From an uncultured virus (IMG/VR IMGVR_UViG_3300031087_000513) (taxonomy: Duplodnaviria; Heunggongvirae; Uroviricota; Caudoviricetes): DNA of 52,544 nt. The notes beneath the pieces are model-generated. The model was given only the letters and a program-made list of their open reading frames with translations, searched no databases and was not told where the DNA came from. Every line of letters begins with the position of its first letter. The stretch's first letter is position 1. Positions 37,552 to 46,542 of the stretch are shown piece after piece. The stretch lies in IMG/VR virus record IMGVR_UViG_3300031087_000513; one strand, written 5' to 3'. The position numbers and the translations under genes were made by a program.

Positions 37552-38514
37552 TCAATCCTCATTTTTTGTAAGACTCAGAAGGGAACTCTTAGAGGCCAAA
37601 TAGCTTTCCATGATGCTTAGCTCACGAAGCACGTCAGAATTCAACTGCTCCTGCAATGATGTGAACTGTTCACTCAAAAGCTGCAACGCTGGAATAGCTT
37701 TCTCGTACACTGTTTCCTGCTGCTCACTGGAAGAGAACTCCTGAGAACCTGTAATCAAGGCTTCAATCTGCTGACATGACACCATGACTGACTCAACCGC
37801 ATACTCCTGTTCAGCTGTAAGCTTCAAGCTTCTAAACTTCTTCGCATCCACCTGCAAATCAGTCAGTAGAGCTTCAACTGCAAGCTGGTTTTCACTCTTC
37901 TTCGGAACAACCACATCAGAGGTAAGGACCAATGAACTCGGTGTCTCATTCGCGCTATCCATGTAGCCAGTCCACAATTCAGTCAAAGCGATGGATTCCT
38001 TTCCACTCAGACCATTCGTAGGCATAGGAGAACTGGACGGAAGAGTATCAGGAGACGTAAAAAACTCCCCTTCATTCTCAAATGTATCTCACTTCCCTGA
38101 CATGGATTCCTCAAACTGACGGTATGCTTCATCCTCATCCTGAGGACTAAGGGACGAGCTGGGAACATAGTCGCCAACAGTGTACTTGAAGGAAAATAGA
38201 TGTGCTTGATATGCGTAGACAAAAGAAGCAGTCAGTGTCTTGAACGTAGCGTTATAGGTTTTCACCTGCTCAGTAATCATCTTCCGCTTTCGTTCCTGGC
38301 GAGTAGGCTTCCGAGTCAGAACATCAATCAGCGCAGCTCGTACCCGGATGTAGGAGTCCGAGGTTAACGTTACGTCAGCTTCAGGAAATACAGCAAGAAT
38401 CTCTTTCAGAAGAAGAGTCGTCTTACCCGCAAGAGCCTGCTGGACTAACTCAGGGGACAGCTGAATAGAAGCGTACGAATCGCGCAGGCTGGTCTCCACC
38501 ACATAGTTAGTCAT
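37552..38514 (-). pseudogene. about 320-codon gene interrupted by one in-frame TGA (38089-38091)
   Basis: ORFs 38089..38514 and 37552..38025 share a frame, with 21 open codons between them and no SD before the second ATG. Confidence 0.6.
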
Positions 38515-38542
38515 GAGGACAGTATAGCAAATAAGTTAGTGA

Positions 38543-38595
38543 GAGGCAAGAAGCCCCTTCCGTCGTTGTTTTCTACGGAAGGGGCTTCTTGCCTC
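38543..38595 (-). terminator. terminator hairpin, 21-bp stem
   Basis: GAGGCAAGAAGCCCCTTCCGT and its complement. Confidence 0.8.
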
Positions 38596-38608
38596 AAAGA
38601 TACTCTAT

Positions 38609-39664
38609 TTAGGAAATACGTTCTACTTTGACATCATCAACGTAATACTCCGCTGTTCCAGGATTGTTCTTCTGCATCTGAAAAGCTAAATCCTGGCTAC
38701 TGCTTGTTGTTGCAGTCATCTCAAATGAATACTGCTTCCAAGCATTCAAGGTCGGGGTTCTATCTCCAGTTACTGTGGAGTAGTAAGAACCGAAAGCATA
38801 AATGTCTGGCCATTTTCCTTGCTTCACATAAATCCAGGCACTAACACGATATTTTGTACCAGCCACAATATTTGGAACTGTGCCCGAAGTTGTACGAATA
38901 GTGGCAGTATCAGTACCGTTGACGTATAAGCTTTTTGCGCCGTGTCCAGCTGCAGGAGCTGTTGCAATATATTGGGTGCCGTATGTTTGAGGGTTACGGA
39001 AGATGCTTGTACTGCCATCTTCAAAATCGTAAGAAGCGACAGTAGTATATACAGGTACAGGGGTCGTAGGGGTTGTACCAGCATCAGTCCCTGTAGTAGG
39101 AGCGGTACCGATGCTACCCGTTCCATCATCAGCTTTAGGATTCACAGTACCAGCTAGGGAAGGAGTGCTTGCAGTGGTTGCAGTAAGACAAGGAGCTTCG
39201 ATGCCCGCATAGATACTCGGTTGTGTCTTACCGCTGGTGATGTAGAACCATTTGCCTGAACCGCTTTTAGAGTAAGCATGGTAATCCTTACCGTCAGTAG
39301 TAGCGATAACACAGTAGTTACCAGCAGCATTCAAGGTAAGAAGATTATTTACAGCTAACCCAGCGCTACCAGTGAAAGTGCTATTCAATACTACCTGATT
39401 TGGGTCTGACTGACTAATGGGAGAACTTGAAGCATCTTGTAAGCTTGCGTCTTTACTCGTGGACAACCCACGGTAAGCAGATTCAGCAGAAGCAATAGGG
39501 TCAAGCTGCTGTTTCGCTGCATTGTCCTGTGCCCAAGGAATAACAGCGAACACGGTCGCAGCGATAACACCGCCAATAAGGCCAATCACGATAATACCAA
39601 CCATGATGGATGCAAGGTCAATCGCAGCACGCGACGACTTTAGGGCATTATTAAGTTTGAGCAT
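38609..39664 (-). CDS. pilin-like protein with CBM4/9-like domain (copy 3)
   Basis: Same architecture as copies 1 and 2. Confidence 0.75.
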   Translation of the reverse strand: MLKLNNALKSSRAAIDLASIMVGIIVIGLIGGVIAATVFAVIPWAQDNAAKQQLDPIASAESAYRGLSTSKDASLQDASSSPISQSDPNQVVLNSTFTGSAGLAVNNLLTLNAAGNYCVIATTDGKDYHAYSKSGSGKWFYITSGKTQPSIYAGIEAPCLTATTASTPSLAGTVNPKADDGTGSIGTAPTTGTDAGTTPTTPVPVYTTVASYDFEDGSTSIFRNPQTYGTQYIATAPAAGHGAKSLYVNGTDTATIRTTSGTVPNIVAGTKYRVSAWIYVKQGKWPDIYAFGSYYSTVTGDRTPTLNAWKQYSFEMTATTSSSQDLAFQMQKNNPGTAEYYVDDVKVERIS

Positions 39665-39685
39665 AGGGGAACGTTTCTACTCTAA

Positions 39686-39745
39686 GGGGATAAAAATAAG
39701 GATTAGACGAAACGCCAAAAAGCGTTTCATCTAATCCTTATCGGT
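39686..39745 (-). promoter_or_regulatory. CGATA motif embedded in terminator-like hairpin (leader of copy 3)
   Basis: ACCG-ATAAGGATTAGA-T-GAAACGC..GCGTTTC-G-TCTAATCCTTAT-TTTTATCCCC on minus strand. Confidence 0.7.
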
Positions 39746-39896
39746 TAAACTCCATTCAAAGACATGAACCAATGTCCCCAAATAGGAGGACATAGCTTAT
39801 CTATAAATTTATGGCCAGAGAACAACACTATTTTCAATAAAAGGGATAGGGCGGTTCCTGTTTATTCAGGAACCGCCCTTTTTCACTACTTACAGC

Positions 39897-40901
39897 TTAG
39901 AGGAACTGAACACCAGAATCAGTGGTATCAATGTTCAAATTAGCTTTCGCAACGCTACCCTTAGGAGCATTACCCAGCTTCGCAATAGCAGTCACAGTCT
40001 TCTGAGCAACCGCCTTTGTGGAACCCTCAGAAACGAGGTCATCAATCAGCTCATCGTCGTCCAAGTCGTCATTCTCCAAACGGCCAATGACTGCACCAAT
40101 GGTCTCACTGACAGTCTCATCGTTCTCCAAGATAATGACGTTCTTCGCACCGAACAGGTCAGTGTAGAACTTCTGGGAACCCTGCATAGCGGCGGAAGCG
40201 TTATCAATGAGAAGAACGAACACTTCCCACTTCTCCTGCAAGTCAGCAGCCAGCTTCTTCACAGTCAGCTGGTCACGGGCAGGAGCTTCCTCTTCACCAA
40301 TGAACTGGGTGATGTGGCGAGGCTCGAGGTCAAGGGCAACCTCATCAGCAATAACGAAGAGGTAACCCTTCTTACCGCGCTTATCCCAAGCATCAGTTTC
40401 AACGTGCTTGTTCAGGTAGTACCAGAGGAGGGAAGCGGTCTCGCCGCCATTTCCACCACCTCCGCCTTCAAGAAGAAGGTTATCAAGGTTGTCGTCAATT
40501 CGGTTGTCAGATTCAAACTGGCTAACCTGCAATGGAACACGGTCGCAGTAAGCGTCCCCGTATGTTGAGATTAGAACCTGAGGGTCTTCAACATAACCTT
40601 TACGAAGAAGAAGGCCGAATAGGTTAGCAAGTTTTTCCTGGACAATGCGGGGTGTACGCGCCATTGACCCTGTGCTGTCAAACCCGACAACGATTGGGAC
40701 AGCATTTGGGTGGTCTACACCATCACGAGATTCGCGGATGAGTTTGCCATCTGCGTTCTTCTTGGTAGGGTCGAGAGATTCGTGGGCAGCGAAGCGGCCT
40801 GTGCTTCGTGCAGTGCGGTCGTAGCCGAATGTTGTTCCTGATGAAATCTTTGCGCCTGTTGTTGCGGCGTAGGTGCTGGTACTGTAGGTTCCGTAACCCA
40901 T
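39897..40901 (-). CDS. von Willebrand factor A domain protein
   Basis: MIDAS D.TGSM, GDA..D..PLQV.QFE, EGGGGGN.GE, KKGYLF.I.DE. Confidence 0.88.
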   Translation of the reverse strand: MGYGTYSTSTYAATTGAKISSGTTFGYDRTARSTGRFAAHESLDPTKKNADGKLIRESRDGVDHPNAVPIVVGFDSTGSMARTPRIVQEKLANLFGLLLRKGYVEDPQVLISTYGDAYCDRVPLQVSQFESDNRIDDNLDNLLLEGGGGGNGGETASLLWYYLNKHVETDAWDKRGKKGYLFVIADEVALDLEPRHITQFIGEEEAPARDQLTVKKLAADLQEKWEVFVLLIDNASAAMQGSQKFYTDLFGAKNVIILENDETVSETIGAVIGRLENDDLDDDELIDDLVSEGSTKAVAQKTVTAIAKLGNAPKGSVAKANLNIDTTDSGVQFL

Positions 40902-41040
40902 GATGTCATTCCTTTCGTTGACTTGATGAGATTAGTTTATCACGATTACAAGTATCGGCTCATTTTTAGTCATTTTGACGAAAACATTTTTGAAATCACT
41001 TAAAGTTACGAAATGGAAGCAAGCACGATAGAATATATGT

Positions 41041-43182
41041 ATGAGCAAAAAACCAGAAACGGCACTAAGTCCTTTACTGGTTCGACAATGGCATCCAACG
41101 AAAAATAGGGATTTACTGCCAAGTGATTTTACTGCGGGTAGTAGTAAGAAAATGTGGTGGATGGATGAATTTGGACATGAGTGGGAAGCTAAAATCAGCA
41201 ACCGTACCAATGGTTCTGGTTGCCTTGCTTGCGCAGGAAAACAAGTTCTTACAAACTATAACGACTTACTTTCTCAAAGACCAGTCTTAGCAACTTTTTG
41301 GGATTACACTCTAAACAACGTTACTCCTGACCAAGTTCTTGCTCAATCATCCAAAATCTTTAACTGGAAATGCCCTGCAGAAGGTCATACCTGGTCAGCA
41401 GCTCCTGCCAGAATCCATACTGAAACATGTCCTGTGTGCGAATTACGAATTTGCGTTGTAGGGGTAAATGATTTGCCAACTACGCATCCAATTTTGGTAG
41501 GAGAATGGCATCCAACGAAAAATGAAGGTAAATCTCCTACACAGTTTACTGCTCGGAGCTCTGCTAATGCTTGGTGGCTAGGACCCTGTGAACATGAGTG
41601 GGAAAATCCTATCAGTAGAAGAGCCTTGCAAGGTAAGGGTTGCCCTATTTGCATCAATAGTCAGGTTTTAGAAAATTTCAATGACTTGGCAACTACAAGT
41701 CCTCTTATTGCAGCTCAATGGCATCCAACGAAAAATGGCTCATTCTTGCCTACTCAATTTACTAAGGGAAGCAATCATATAGCCTGGTGGCTGGATGAAT
41801 ATAATCATGAGTGGGATGCTTCTATAAGAGAGCGTCAAAAATACGGTTGTCCAATCTGCGCTGGTTTCGTTATTCTAATAGGGTTCAATGACCTGGGTTC
41901 ACAATCGCCCGTAGTTGCTAGTCAATGGGATTACGAAAAAAATGGTGACATCACACCTCAAATGGTAACTCCTTATACGCATGCTAAGCATTGGTGGCTA
42001 TGTGATAAAAATCACTCGTGGGATGCCACAGTGGGTTCCAGAGTTAGAGGCGCAGGCTGCCCTTACTGTTCTGGAGCAAAAATTCTTTTGAACTTCAATG
42101 ATTTGGAGCGCACTCACCCTATTCTTGCAAGGGAATGGCATCCAATTGAAAACGATGCAACCCCGCAAGAAGTTAGCGCTGGGTCAGGGTATAAGGCTAA
42201 GTGGGTATGCGAGAAACATGGGATTTGGAAAGCTGCGGTCAAAGACAGAGTATATAAAGGTTCTGGTTGTCCATCTTGCGCCCGCAGTATTTCTCAACCT
42301 GAAAATGATATCAAAGCATTCTTGAAGGCTTTAGGTTTTACAGTAGAAGATAGAGTTACAGGCATACTTTCCAAACGGGAAGAAATTGACCTTTATATAC
42401 CTGAACAGAAATTTGGAATTGAGTTCAACGGTATTCGGTGGCATTCAGATATCTTCAAGAAGAACAAAGATGGGCATTTAGCTAAGTATCTTGCTGCAAA
42501 AAATGTTGGCATTCAACTTGTGCAGATTTGGGAGGATGATTGGAAGAAGCGTCAACCTGTCATCCTTCGCGCGTTAGCGCACAAACTGGGAGTAACAGAC
42601 AAACTTGCTGAGTTCTATCCAGAGTTGCAGGCTGAGACAAGCAGAGTATTTGCTCGGAAGACTCAGATTGTTGAGCTGGCAAGTAAAGATGCGAAGGAAT
42701 TCTTGGAGTTCAACCATATTCAAGGATTTGCTTCTGGTTCGTACTATCTGAGCTTGCAGGATCAGCACCAGGTTACACGCGCTGTTCTGGTGTTGAAGAA
42801 AGAGGCAGGCACCAATGGGAAGACTTTGAACATTGTGCGTTATGCCACCAGCGGTTCTGTTGTTGGTGGGTTTACGAAGCTTCTCAAATATGCAGTGAAA
42901 ACTTATCAGCCAGATGATTTCATTACTTTTGCTGACCATACTATTAGTGATGGTGGATTGTATGAAGGTAATGGGTTTGTTGCTGATAAAGAACTGCCAC
43001 CTGACTACATGTATGTGGTGAAGGGTGAGCGGAAGCATAAGTTCGGGTACCGGTTGAAGCGTTTCCGTGATGACCCTGAACTATTGTGGGATGAGAATAT
43101 GAGTGAGCGAGAGTTGGCTCAGCTGAATAACCTCCCACGTATCTGGGATGCTGGGAAGACTCGATACCGTTACACTGTGTAA
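41041..43182 (+). CDS. treble-clef zinc-ribbon repeat protein with C-terminal PD-(D/E)xK endonuclease (Hef-like homing endonuclease)
   Basis: About six W(H/D)..KN...WW.C..GH.W.A....R...GCP.C repeats; EIDLYIPE..GIEFNG..WH; IWEDDW; IWDAG. Confidence 0.85.
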   Translation: MSKKPETALSPLLVRQWHPTKNRDLLPSDFTAGSSKKMWWMDEFGHEWEAKISNRTNGSGCLACAGKQVLTNYNDLLSQRPVLATFWDYTLNNVTPDQVLAQSSKIFNWKCPAEGHTWSAAPARIHTETCPVCELRICVVGVNDLPTTHPILVGEWHPTKNEGKSPTQFTARSSANAWWLGPCEHEWENPISRRALQGKGCPICINSQVLENFNDLATTSPLIAAQWHPTKNGSFLPTQFTKGSNHIAWWLDEYNHEWDASIRERQKYGCPICAGFVILIGFNDLGSQSPVVASQWDYEKNGDITPQMVTPYTHAKHWWLCDKNHSWDATVGSRVRGAGCPYCSGAKILLNFNDLERTHPILAREWHPIENDATPQEVSAGSGYKAKWVCEKHGIWKAAVKDRVYKGSGCPSCARSISQPENDIKAFLKALGFTVEDRVTGILSKREEIDLYIPEQKFGIEFNGIRWHSDIFKKNKDGHLAKYLAAKNVGIQLVQIWEDDWKKRQPVILRALAHKLGVTDKLAEFYPELQAETSRVFARKTQIVELASKDAKEFLEFNHIQGFASGSYYLSLQDQHQVTRAVLVLKKEAGTNGKTLNIVRYATSGSVVGGFTKLLKYAVKTYQPDDFITFADHTISDGGLYEGNGFVADKELPPDYMYVVKGERKHKFGYRLKRFRDDPELLWDENMSERELAQLNNLPRIWDAGKTRYRYTV

Positions 43183-43304
43183 ACCTAGTTAGGTAAACTT
43201 GGAAACTCAGTTGACATGATATAGCAAATCTGTTAGAGTAACTCACGTCACGCAGGATTGAACACGTCAGTTCTGTTCGTTGACTGGTGCGGAAAGATGA
43301 GAAC

Positions 43305-43517
43305 ATGTCGAAGGACATTGTTATCCCTGACCCGTTTGCATGTGCTATTTGTGGTGAGACTTACTCTCATGGTATGAGTGGTTTGTGGGTTCGTGAATTG
43401 AATATGAACCACTTTTACATCAACCCGCCGCAGGAAATGATTCTGCTTCGTATGAAGGCTCGTCGTCGGGAAAAGCTTCGTCAGGCTGAAATTGCAGCGC
43501 GCAAAGCTGAGAAGTAG
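43305..43517 (+). CDS. small hypothetical protein (CxxC)
   Basis: P..CAICG...H, P....IL.RMKARR; TTGACA-17-TAGAGT promoter at 43211. Confidence 0.6.
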   Translation: MSKDIVIPDPFACAICGETYSHGMSGLWVRELNMNHFYINPPQEMILLRMKARRREKLRQAEIAARKAEK

Positions 43518-43550
43518 TATATTAACCACAATAAGCAAGGAGAAAGAATA

Positions 43551-43715
43551 ATGAGTGTTGCTGAACTAATTGCAAAATTACAGGCTATGCCTGCGGATGC
43601 AAAAGTTGAGTATTTCCAGTACGATGATTATCAGGATGACCCTGTATCTTACAACGCTGTTGAAGATGTGGACCTGAATACAGTTGACGGTACTCAGGTA
43701 GTGCAACTGAGCTAA
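43551..43715 (+). CDS. small hypothetical protein, not in ORF track
   Basis: AAGGAG SD; MSVAELIAKLQAMPADAKV..., 54 aa, a common phage N-terminal pattern. Confidence 0.7.
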   Translation: MSVAELIAKLQAMPADAKVEYFQYDDYQDDPVSYNAVEDVDLNTVDGTQVVQLS

Positions 43716-43761
43716 AATAGTGGAGGAGCTGACCTATTACAGGTCAGCTCCTCCACTATTT
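43715..43761 (+). terminator. terminator hairpin, 21-bp stem
   Basis: AAATAGTGGAGGAGCTGACCT and its complement. Confidence 0.8.
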
Positions 43762-43861
43762 AATCGTTCTTTGCATAATTGAGGTTGTTTCAGACTTTAT
43801 TGACCGTATCACCGATATGCATTACAAGAATACTTTTCTTCTATTGAAAGCTTTTACCTTT

Positions 43862-46042
43862 ATGAAACCTTTGCATAAAATTCTTGCTGTTGTAACAGCA
43901 ACCGCTGTTCTGGTGGGTGTACCAGTTGCGGCTCAAGCAGGTGAAATTCCTCGCTCAGGCGCATACGCTTGGGGGTCGAACACCGCAGGTTCTTTGAGTA
44001 CGGGAACCACTGATTCTATCATTTCTCCTACTCTGACTAAAACTGCTTCAAACTTTCCCATTGCTCAAATTTCTACTTCCGCAACACACAGCCTTTTCGT
44101 TGACGATAAGGGGAATGTGTATGCTTCTGGTTCTAACGCTCATGGCGAATTAGGAAACGGAACAACCACTGACTCAGCTACCCCAGTGAAAGTTACACTA
44201 CCATTACGATACGGTGTTCCTGATTATGCTACCCAAATCTGGACAGGTAACGGTGTCTCCTTTATGGAAGGTGGATTCGGTGACTTGTATGCTTGGGGTT
44301 CTAATGAGAACGGGTTGACTGGTTTAGGCCAAACAACTGGTGACACTCTCACCCCAACATCTGTTGGCCTTACTTTGGTCAACACTGAAAGTAAGAACCT
44401 CAGTGTTGGGAAGGACCATGTAACAGCAATTCATGGAAGTCCTTTGATGGGAGAGCAAATATATGCTTGGGGTTCTAACGCCACTGGGCAATTAGGTAAC
44501 TCTACTCTTGGAACTGGCATTACTTCTGAACCTACACGTGCAATTATCCCAGACCCTAATGAGGATAAAACTAAGACGGTCACAACCTGCACCACTGATT
44601 CAGAAGGATTTGAGTCTTGTGAAGATAAACAAGTTCCTAAAACTTACTATGAGTTCAATGGTTTGAATGCAAGCTATGTTGCAAACGGGGATGGTTTCTC
44701 TGTTGCGCTTACCAGCGATGGAACAATCTACACGTGGGGGAAGAACAATGCTGGTCAGTTAGGTACTGCTTCTTCAACCCAAACAATTGTCCGAACACCA
44801 ACAACTTCTCCTGCTCTGCGGCTTGAGAACGGGGCTTCTGTCAACTCCATTTCAGCTGGTGACTCCCATGTTGTTCTTCTTGCTTCTAACGGCCTGCTGT
44901 ATGGTTGGGGTTCTAACTCTCATTCCCAAACTGCCCCGTATTACGAAAATTCTCAGAACGCTTCTTATCTTCCAGTATTACAGCGTTTGACTATTCTGCA
45001 GGAAAACAACAGTTTATCTCCTTGGGAGTATGTCATTGCTTCCGGTAACTCTTCTTATGCTGTGACGAACGATGGAAACATCTACGGCTGGGGAGATAAC
45101 AGCAAGCATCAGCTCACTCAGTTGAAACCAGTTGTTACAGTGCCAACTAAGATTGCATTCCCGTATGACACTGAGGTAAGTTCATTCACCGCTGGTGGAG
45201 GAAGTGTTATTGCATTGGCGAATTATACTGAAACCTACACTGATTTGAACCTTCCTTCTGCGACTTTCGCAAATGGAACGTACAACACTTCTTACACGAA
45301 GAAGTTAACTGCTAATGGAGGTTACCCTGGTAACCCTCTGACCTGGACTATCTCAGGTCTTCCAGCAGGTTTGACGTATAACGCTTTGACAGGAACCATC
45401 ACAGGTAAACCAACTGTTGCAGGAACCTACACTGTCAACTATGGAGTCACAGATAATGTTGATTCTCTTTCTGACAGTGCAACTCTTGTTATTGCAAAAG
45501 CGACTCCAACAGTTACACCAACATACACGTCAACCACTCCTGGTAAAGTCACTGCGAAGGTTACTGTCCTTAACGGAACCGAAGCTGCAACAGGGGCAGT
45601 TCGTTTTTACGTGGGTACAAAGTACACCACTGTGAACCTTACAAAGGGAGCTGCAACAACAACGCTTTCTTACACAGCTGGAAGTGCACAGAACTTGAAG
45701 GTTGTATACACAGGTAGTAACGTTTTGAATACTGTTACCAGCAGTACGAAGAGTGTGAAATCTTTGGCGAAGTGGAGTGTTACTCCTAAACCATCGTACA
45801 GCACGAAATCCCGAACAGTTACAGTGAAAGTGCCAGCTATCAAATCTGGTTCTGTCTATGCAACTGGCACTGTCTACCTATATGATGGCAGCAAGAAAAT
45901 TGTTACCAGCAAGTTGAAAAATGGAGCAGTAACATTTACGAAGAGTTTCGCTAAGGGTAACCATAAGCTGACTGTTCGTTATGCAGGAGATGCAAACTTC
46001 ACTGCGAAGAACTCCGCAGTGAAGTCAATCACTTTGAAGTAA
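43862..46042 (+). CDS. secreted RCC1-repeat beta-propeller protein with Ig-like domains
   Basis: Signal peptide (AQA); repeated Y.WG.N..GQLG..P; He_PIG-like GLP.GL..TG.ITG.PT; two Big_3-like YxG domains. Confidence 0.88.
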   Translation: MKPLHKILAVVTATAVLVGVPVAAQAGEIPRSGAYAWGSNTAGSLSTGTTDSIISPTLTKTASNFPIAQISTSATHSLFVDDKGNVYASGSNAHGELGNGTTTDSATPVKVTLPLRYGVPDYATQIWTGNGVSFMEGGFGDLYAWGSNENGLTGLGQTTGDTLTPTSVGLTLVNTESKNLSVGKDHVTAIHGSPLMGEQIYAWGSNATGQLGNSTLGTGITSEPTRAIIPDPNEDKTKTVTTCTTDSEGFESCEDKQVPKTYYEFNGLNASYVANGDGFSVALTSDGTIYTWGKNNAGQLGTASSTQTIVRTPTTSPALRLENGASVNSISAGDSHVVLLASNGLLYGWGSNSHSQTAPYYENSQNASYLPVLQRLTILQENNSLSPWEYVIASGNSSYAVTNDGNIYGWGDNSKHQLTQLKPVVTVPTKIAFPYDTEVSSFTAGGGSVIALANYTETYTDLNLPSATFANGTYNTSYTKKLTANGGYPGNPLTWTISGLPAGLTYNALTGTITGKPTVAGTYTVNYGVTDNVDSLSDSATLVIAKATPTVTPTYTSTTPGKVTAKVTVLNGTEAATGAVRFYVGTKYTTVNLTKGAATTTLSYTAGSAQNLKVVYTGSNVLNTVTSSTKSVKSLAKWSVTPKPSYSTKSRTVTVKVPAIKSGSVYATGTVYLYDGSKKIVTSKLKNGAVTFTKSFAKGNHKLTVRYAGDANFTAKNSAVKSITLK

Positions 46043-46047
46043 CCTCA

Positions 46048-46099
46048 TAAAACAAGTTCGGGCGGACATGCATCAGCATGTCCGCCCGAACTTGTTTTA
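46048..46099 (+). terminator. terminator hairpin, 24-bp stem
   Basis: TAAAACAAGTTCGGGCGGACATGC and its complement. Confidence 0.85.
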
Positions 46100-46147
46100 C
46101 TATACCTCATCTGGTATAATAAGACTAATAATCTTAGGAGCTCAATC

Positions 46148-46396
46148 ATGGCTAATGCCAATTCTACACTGACTGTATCCACTGAAACTCATTTGACAGT
46201 GAGTAGTGCAACTCTTGATACTCGTAAATTTTTCGATATTGTACAGTCCAAAGGATTGCGTTTAGTAGCTGCTGCTCCGAACCGCATCGTTGCAGGTAAA
46301 ACCTTTGATGAGTCAATTACTGTTGCAGGTTCAGCTCCTGTTATCCAGGAGCTGATTGAGTCTATCAATGATGGGACTTTTGTTCTGAGTGAATAG
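46148..46396 (+). CDS. hypothetical protein
   Basis: TGGTATAAT promoter, AGGAG SD. Confidence 0.7.
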   Translation: MANANSTLTVSTETHLTVSSATLDTRKFFDIVQSKGLRLVAAAPNRIVAGKTFDESITVAGSAPVIQELIESINDGTFVLSE

Positions 46397-46542
46397 TTTT
46401 TTGTCATAGCTCTTGCAATTCTGTATCTGTATGCTATGATAATGACCATGAATATTTTCTTCTAGGTTTCTGCTCGCGCTCCTCCGTTGATGAGATGTGT
46501 TTTATACAACTTTCCTCATCAACTATTCTTTGGAGCTTTACT

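Noticed and set aside
34355..39664. Diversity-generating retroelement or shufflon acting on pilin-like genes
   Set aside because: No reverse transcriptase or recombinase in the window, no adenine-specific TR/VR pair, and all copies are in one orientation.
43251..43262. 12-nt match CGCAGGATTGAA with 47575-47586
   Set aside because: No other leader elements are shared; compatible with chance.
43515..43553. In-frame TAG between 43305..43517 and 43551..43715 as readthrough
   Set aside because: The downstream gene has its own strong AAGGAG SD and a typical N-terminus.
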